A DNA stretch of 55,983 nucleotides, counting the filler, from Stramenopiles sp. TOSAG23-6 (taxonomy: Eukaryota), in NCBI GenBank assembly GCA_900128565.1. It is 4 parts of 4 records of this genome, joined end to end, with 100 filler letters (N's around TTAATTAATTAA, not from the genome) between each part and the next. Parts side by side here need not be neighbours in the genome. Positions count along the whole stretch, not along the records: positions 42,105 to 55,983 come from LT636155.1; 3 more parts are not named here. One strand, given 5' to 3'. Below the pieces are notes generated by a model. The model was not told where the DNA came from. It made no database searches and saw only the letters and a list, made by a program, of their open reading frames with translations. Of the stretch, positions 47,511-55,983 are shown in pieces. Made by a program: the position numbers and the translations under genes. Position 1 is the first letter of the stretch, and each line of letters starts with the position of its first letter.

Positions 47511-48475
47511 ATGGTAGCTACCGATAGCACTGAAGGTGATTGGTCTACAATGACCAAATGTGGCCGAACACGCCAGATTACACCTGAGGGTTCTCCAAAA
47601 CATAAATTGGAGTGCAAGTGGTCTTTTTGGTACGATGCAAAAAACGCGCAACGTGGGAAAGTTTCATGGCAACGCAACATGGAAAATTTAGGTTCATTTG
47701 ATACTGTAGAAGACTTTTGGTGTCACTATGTACATATGCGCAAGCCAAGTACAATGCCAACTGATAGTAATTACTACTGCTTTCGTAATGGGCTCTTTCC
47801 TGCGTGGGAAACCTTCCCAGGCGGTGGTTGTTGGATCCTCAAGGTAAAGAAAAGTCCAGGTGTTCTCAATACACTCTGGCAAAATCTTTTGTTTGCTCTA
47901 ATTGGTATGTTTTATTTCAAATTATAACTAGTATTGAGTTTTGTTTTTCTCTTTGTACAGATTGTATCATGTTGTTTGTGTGGCGTTTTTTCTTTCATTA
48001 CCTATGAATGAGGTAATTTCTTCTTTTCTTTGATTTCTTTGATTTCTTTGATTTCTTTGATTCATGAGTGATGTGAAATATTTGGACGAGACGGAAAAAC
48101 CCGGTGGTCGCCAATCTCTAAGAAGTACTGACATGTTTGAATCATTCTTTTTTTTACTTTTGATTATTTTCTATAATCAACGTTCTTTATTATTACTATT
48201 ACTTTGATGAAATTATGTTGTGTACTAGAATGAATTCATCATACAATTATGAACCAATAGTCCAAAATTAATTATAAATATAGTTATACTCACTTTATAT
48301 GATGACAACCTTGATACATATTAAACACAATACAGGCGAGATATTTGAAGAACCAGCAGTTGTTGGTTGTATGCTTGCTGCTAGAGGTCGGTTCGATGTT
48401 ATTTCAGTTTGGAATAATAATCCAATTGCAAATACGAGATTTGAAATTGGAGAAGTATTGAAAAGTGTCCTACAG
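47511..48475 (+). CDS. eIF4E-family cap-binding protein; exons 47511-47904, 48336-48475; last exon not found
   Basis: HKLECKWSFWY, FDTVEDFW, PAWE..GGCW, LIGE, ISVWN. Canonical GTATGT...ATACAG intron 47905-48335. Confidence 0.9.
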
Positions 48476-48851
48476 GTATGTTCCATAGATAGTCTACATT
48501 TTTTTTTACATTCAACATTCGAAATGTGTTTTTTTAGTTGTATTGTTGTATACCATACGGTAACAATGATGTTTCACAACATTTCGTGTTTTTTTTTTTC
48601 ACAAATTGTATAAAAATCCAAATCTTTAATACCTGTCCCAGCAGACACTGGATAAGCTTGAAGTAATTGATACATATTTTTTCGTTTTGAGTAAATTGCT
48701 TCATACATTTATTTTTCTACAGATATTTCAAAATTTTGATATTTTTGTTAGGTATGAAATTTCGTACGAAAAGCAAACCAAAAAAAAAAAAAAAAAAAAA
48801 AAATTCATGATTAAAAAATTAAAATTAAAATTCATGATTAAAAAAAAATTA

Positions 48852-49957
<1,106 letters not shown>

Positions 49958-50402
49958 TATGTTATCCAAATAAGAATGATTAAAATATGCTGAAGATACA
50001 AAGATAATAAGACAAGTGAAGCAATGTAGATATTAAAAGTGACGTCTCCTACAGAGTATTCAATATATTCAATTCAATATTGTATACTTTTCTTCTACTA
50101 ACTTAAAGTCTACGATTTTTTTATTGAACTGAACCCTAAATTAAACCCTAACCCTAGCTTTTTTTTTGAAATGTCTGATATCAGAAATTGTATTACGTAT
50201 TACGTAGTATATACTAGTACTGCACTTACCATCTACATTATTTCAATCTAGATGATATATAATATGAAAAGAAAAACATCATGTAAAAGAAATCATCCAT
50301 GTAAAAAAAAAATTGTTTATTTCTTTTCATCATTCACTCGAATTGTTTTTTTTACTATGAAAATTCGTAACAATTTTTTATTTCCTAATTTTCATGTTAT
50401 AT

Positions 50403-50891
50403 TCAACGATGCCGCTTCATCATAAACCCCCCCTTCGACCTGTTCGATGGATTACTCGCATCCATAAGATCATCTTGTGTACTACATACTGTTAATAAAC
50501 GTTTCTTTGATGTCTCCTGTAGTATTCCACCAATGAATAGTTCATCGACAATGTAGTACGCCTTATGAAAGTTGAAGATGATGTCTAACTCACACACCGA
50601 GCCAAAATAACGATCTAAAACTTCAACAAAGTGATGTATCATTTCAAGACAAATCAATTCATTATCATTATTATCGATAACCGCGACAAAGTAGAGACTA
50701 GCATACCTCTTGTACACAATTTTTTGGTCCTTCCATTCTAAAAAGTTACAGAGCTTCCGGGGTCGTGCTAGAACTTGAGAAGTAATTTCCCGTGATGTTC
50801 TTTCTCTGTATTTTAATGTTGATGGTGCATACCATTTAGATAATCGAATCTTACCCTGTCGGCTAATTAATAATAGAACTTTTATACCCAT
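50403..50891 (-). CDS. AP1S: AP-1 adaptor complex sigma subunit
   Basis: SRQGKIRLSKWY, CNFLEW, YKRYASLYF, LDRYFGSVCELDIIFNFHKAY. Confidence 0.93.
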   Translation of the reverse strand: MGIKVLLLISRQGKIRLSKWYAPSTLKYRERTSREITSQVLARPRKLCNFLEWKDQKIVYKRYASLYFVAVIDNNDNELICLEMIHHFVEVLDRYFGSVCELDIIFNFHKAYYIVDELFIGGILQETSKKRLLTVCSTQDDLMDASNPSNRSKGGFMMKRHR

Positions 50892-51266
50892 TAAAACTTG
50901 ATTCCTAGACTACTTTTGTTGTTGTTTTGGTGTATATATGCTTCTTCTTCTTCTTCTTCCTCTTCTTTTTTTTCGAACTTCGAAGTCGAAGAAGAAGCGT
51001 CAAAAAAAAAAAAAAAATTTTTGTTAATAAATTTAGTTAGTTAGGGTTAGGGTTAGCCAACAAAATGTGTAGAGACACAAACATCAAAATTATCCATCAC
51101 TCACTTCGACTTCAAAAGGAAAAAAAGGAAATATTTTTTGCGCAATACATAGAATAGAATAACCTTTTTTATCAACACAACAAAAGAAAAAAACTAAGTC
51201 ATTTCTAAGAAAGAAACCCAAGATAGGGCAGTTCACGTCTTCTATCATTCAGCTAGTATTCAACGT

Positions 51267-54200
51267 ATGACACAAGGTTTTACTTCAATATATGGAGTGT
51301 ATGACAATACTAAAGGCACGGGACTGGATGACTGTGAAGATCTGCCTCGAACACGAAACGTTCAACTACAACCAACGAAACATGACATGCGTAGAAATAC
51401 AAACAACAGTAGAGACGTGTTGAAAACAATCACTTCTACGTCTAATATCGTCACAGCCCAAGTACACATGATTAACGGTAACATCGAAAATCGTCCACAT
51501 ATTCGAAGTTCATCAAGTACTACAAAGTTAGCAACAAATCAGCAAGAAGAACAAAACATCGAAGATGAAATTTTGATTCGACTTGCGCTTCAGTTTCATA
51601 GTAATGGTGAGAATTTTTTATCATCTTCAGTATGGTCGTCTGTGCATGTATGTTTTTTTTTAACCTACACTTTTTTTTTTCATACGAAATTTTATACCTA
51701 TATATGAAAAAAATTGTACATTTTTTTTTTGAAAACGTTTTTTTTTTTTTTTGATCAATTTTTTTTACTTGAAAACTTCGTATATAAACAATTTCTTTTG
51801 TACCAACTTTTATATGTATATTTTTCATATACAATGTTGTATCTAATCTTTCTTTTTCTTTGTTTTTTTTTTCGTACGAAATTTTGTACCTAACAATTTT
51901 TTTAAAATATTTTTTTGAAATTTTTTACAATATAAAAAGCAAAAATGCAAGGAATAAAATCTAAATCTGTCGATGAGTGCGTCGTCTACTGTAGAACTCT
52001 TTTTTTTTTTCGTACGTAATTTTGTACCTAACAAAAAACAATTTAATTTTTTTTTCACAATACAGATTGTGTTACAGGGTTTTTGGATTACAATCTCGAA
52101 TTAAAAAGCTCATACAATTTTTTAATAGGAAAGAAACAATTACATCATTTTGTGAACAAAACAAATTGAAAAAGCTTCTTACTTCTACTACTAATCATAA
52201 TGATGATAATGGTAATACTACTACTACTAATAATAATAATGATAAAAATAATACTAATACTAATCATCATCATACTACTACTAATAATGATAATAATGAT
52301 ATTATTACTACTAAACATACTACTAATAATCATACTACTAATAATAATGATATTGTTACTACGACTAATAATAATGATAATAATGATAATAATAATGATA
52401 TTATTACTACTACTACTAATAATAATAATAATACTACTAATAAAAATGACGTCATTTTAAAATCTATAGTACATTATTCAAAAATAGCAAATATGAAAGA
52501 TATTCAAAATATAAATGTAATTGTGATTACTGATGATGATGATGATGATGATAATTTGACAGAAACAGAAAGTGAAGATGACGAGGGATATGCTTCATGT
52601 ATTTCTAATGTTTCTAACCCTAACCCTAAAGAAAATACTAATACTAATGATATTATTAATACTACTACTAATAATAATAATGATATTAGTAGTAGTACTA
52701 CTACGAATAATACTACTAATAATAATGATATTATTAATACTACTACTACTCATAATAATAATGATACTACTACTACTACTACTAATAATAATAATAATAA
52801 TGATATTATTACTACTACTACTAATAATAATAATATTATTAATACTACTAATAATGATATTATGACTACTACTACTAATAATAATACTAATAATACTGGT
52901 GTTGAAGATAATAATAATAATAAAAATAACTGTCTTTTAGATGTCCATAAAAGTCATTTAAATGAAAAAGATAAACTGATTTGTTTGAATGAAAAAAAAA
53001 CATCTAAAACATCTAAAACAACAAAAACATCTAAAACATCTAAAACAACAAAAAGAACTACACACATTGTACAGTCAAAACGAAACATACAAAAATCTAA
53101 TATAAATGCTACAATAATCGACAATACAAAAAAATCAACTTGTAACCCTAACCCTAAACCCCCTAACCCTAGCCCTAACCCTAATGTTCAAATAATTGAC
53201 AATACAAACAATACAACTTTTGACTCTTTTACACAAAATTCTTCATCCAAACAAAACCCAAAAATGCGAAAAATGCCAAAAAAGGCAGAAATTTATTATA
53301 TAACAATTCCTGATCATTTGGTACCAAATGACAGAGTTTGTTACAATTTAGATGAAAAAAAAAAAATTATTTTCAAAATTCCAAATTTTGAGGTTTGTGG
53401 TGGAAAAGTTTTGAAATTATCTTTACTCAATGATATTGATGAAAATACTATTAATAATGATATTATTACTACTACTACTATTAATAATAATGATATTATT
53501 ACTACTACTAATAATAATAATAATGATATTATTACTACTACTACTACTAATAATAATAATAATAATGATAATAATAATGATATTATTACTACTACTACTA
53601 ATAATAATACTAATAGTAGTACTACTACTACTAATAATAATAATAGCAAGGATTATAATTATACAAGTCAGCAAATTAGAACAATTATTGATGATATTCT
53701 CAATGATATGTCAACAAATACAAATAATAATACAAATAATAATACAAATAATAATACAAATAATAATACAAATAATACTATAAATAATACAAAAAAAAGG
53801 GATAGATTGAATAATGATTCTTGGTTAGACAACCCTAACCCTAATGCTTCTCCTTTGAATCCTCGAAAAAAAATGAGATTAGATAAAAAAAATGATATTG
53901 AGAATAATGAATGTTCAATATCGAAAGAAAAAATAACAAACTTGTCTGTACATATAAATTCGAAATTGGATATAAATTCGAAATTGGATGAAAAAGAACT
54001 TGAGAACCCTAACCCTAAGGTTCCTTTATTACCAAAATGTTCGTTTTGTAAATATACAAATTTGGATCAAATACAAATTGAAAGAAAAATATCATTTGAG
54101 GACTTATGTAGAGCAGCAGAAGATGAGTTTGATCGTCGTCAAATACAAAAAATACAAAAAGTACAAAAAATACAAAAAATACAAAAAAGCACAAAAAAAA

Positions 54201-54870
54201 AATTCGAAATTGAAAAAAAAAAGAAATTCGAAATTGAAAATCACTTGGAACAAAAACAAAAAATATCAAAAAATTATGTATTCAGTAGTTTGCATGCAAT
54301 GAGTGGATGTCAGCGTTGTGCATTAGCAATAATAAAACGATCATCCGTTGCCTTAAGCTTACGGTGGTCAAATGACTGTGATGAATTTCTTTTAGATTTT
54401 TGTACGTTTTTTTTTTTCAAAATTTTTTTTTCATACGAAATTTCGTACCTAACCATTAAAAAAAAATTTTTTTTTCAAATTTTTTTTTTTTAAATTTTTT
54501 TTTTCATACGAAATTTCGTACCTAACCATAAATTTTTTTTTTTTTGAAAATTTTTTACAAAGTAGGTAAAAATAGTAAAGATTTATATTTGGGTTTACAT
54601 ATGACACGTGGCGAATATGTGCAACGAAAGTGCAAAACATTCGGAGACCCTCCAGGAATGACACGTGGCAAAGAGTATATGAAGTATGATACTCAAAAGA
54701 TTTTTTTTTGGGTTGTTGCAAATGAAATTTCAAAATATTTTGAAAATTCCTCAAGTACGAAATTTCGTATGAAATTTTTTTCAACAGAATCTGGTGAAAA
54801 ATGTATACAAAATGACGTATATAGGAGTATTCAATGTTTATGGAGACGTCTATGCTTTTTACACGGTTGA
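51267..54870 (+). CDS. Hypothetical N/T-rich low-complexity protein; exons approx. 51267-51647, 52066-54401, 54566-54870
   Basis: Long ORF with motif-bearing introns. 54402-54565 (GT...AG) joins in frame. The structure of 51648-52065 is unresolved. Confidence 0.5.
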
Positions 54871-55241
54871 TGATTTGACATTTCAAGTATAAAAATGAAA
54901 CCTTTTTATGTTGTTTTTATGTTGTTTTTATGTTTTTTATGTTTCCAAATTTTTTTTTTCATATTTCGAAAATTTTCGAAATTTTCGAAATTTCCGAAAT
55001 TTCGAGCTCGAGGGGAACCGGGTAACGTAAAAGACCGTTACAAAATGAATGAAAAAAGAAAAAAAAAAAAAGATCTNTTTACTTCTTTACATACTACTCT
55101 GAAAAATCATCCAAAACAACGAGATAGAAGGATACACAAACAAACAACTAACTACAAAAGTACTTTTTGTTTTTACTTACAATATACAGTCATATACAAT
55201 ACAAAATTTGCATATTTGAAATATAAATCAACTTCAATACA

Positions 55242-55858
55242 ATGCCTTCCATACAACAAAAAAAAGGGGGAGATTTAAAGAAAATTAAACAAAAAATTCG
55301 ATTTCAAGTTATGCAACGAAAGCCACGACTTAAAGACTTCTTTCATGACTTTGACAGACATAAACATGGCCAAGTTACAGAAACACAATTTGTCCGTGCG
55401 TTAGGTATGGCTGGTATACTACTAAGTATCCCAGAATTTAAGCAACTCACTGAGCGATATGCAGTTGAATCTAAACGTGGATATGTTGATTATAGAAAAT
55501 TTTGTAATGTAATTGATAAAATTTTCACCACAAAAGGATTAGAAAACGATCCTCTTTCTGAACCAAAGTCTTTAAATGTTACAGGTCGTGCTACATATGG
55601 AAATCCATTAACAGAGAGTGAAACGTCGGAACTATTCAATGTTTTAGTACCAAAAATGAGAAATGAAATCAGTCAAAAACGAATTCTAACAAAAATTTAT
55701 TTTGCAGATTTTGATCCAAGAAATTCAGGTTTTGTCACAGAATCAAGATTTCGTCGTGGATTAGTCAATACTCAAATTGACTTGGAGGAGTCAGATGTTG
55801 ACTTATTAATAAAGAGATTCTCTAGAGAAGGCGGAGGTGAAGTAAATTACAGAGGAAT
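55242..55858 (+). CDS. EF-hand protein, 3'-truncated; intron begins at 55859
   Basis: DFDRHKHGQVTETQF and DFDPRNSGFVTESRF EF-hand-like loops; donor at|gtatgt followed by the motif at 55932-55953. Confidence 0.8.
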
Positions 55859-55983
55859 GTATGTTGTTTGTATATACTATTTTTTTTTTGAAATTTTAAA
55901 AATTTTGAAAATTTTATATTTTTGAAAATTTCGTACGAAATTTTGTACCTAACCAAAAAAAAAAAAAAAAAAAAAAAAAAAAA

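Noticed and set aside
54722-54807. Minus-strand intron around the palindrome at 54755
   Set aside because: No CTAAC follows it and no convincing minus-strand gene exists; the plus frame is open and joins the upstream exon. Not fully excluded.

Overview
AT-rich eukaryotic nuclear DNA, most likely a flagellated stramenopile (it carries a tubular-mastigoneme-type gene). The window is four unrelated ~13.9 kb contigs joined by artificial N-TTAATTAATTAA-N spacers (contigs 1-13961, 14062-28015, 28116-42004, 42105-55983). About 27 protein genes or gene fragments are visible, including ThrRS, SprT-like, DnaJ, elongin-B-like, TRAPPC10, NAAA/acid ceramidase, mastigoneme protein, DUF1826, Sel1-MYND, LRR, TMEM145/GPR180, RPL39, a tenascin-like EGF protein, Pif1, Aha1-N, cyclin B, eIF4E, a TSTD2-like rhodanese and AP-1 sigma. 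The main result is a family of non-canonical introns. I can place 22 complete and 4 partial introns that end in AT instead of AG and start GT, AT, GC or GA (consensus RTAYGTTTT ... AATACAT). Most carry a conserved 14-16 bp palindrome (G)TACGAAATTTCGTA(C) fused to a CTAAC branch-point-like motif. Their removal restores conserved protein motifs, and stop-codon logic fixes the register. Ordinary GT-AG introns coexist with them. Upstream exons usually also end in AT, which looks like a target-site duplication, and a 148-bp MITE-like element uses the same motif as its terminal inverted repeats. Together these suggest an introner-like origin plus an altered spliceosome. Short TTAGGG telomere-type tracts are also scattered through exons and introns. 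All splicing calls are inferred from DNA and protein homology recalled from memory; no RNA evidence or database search was available.
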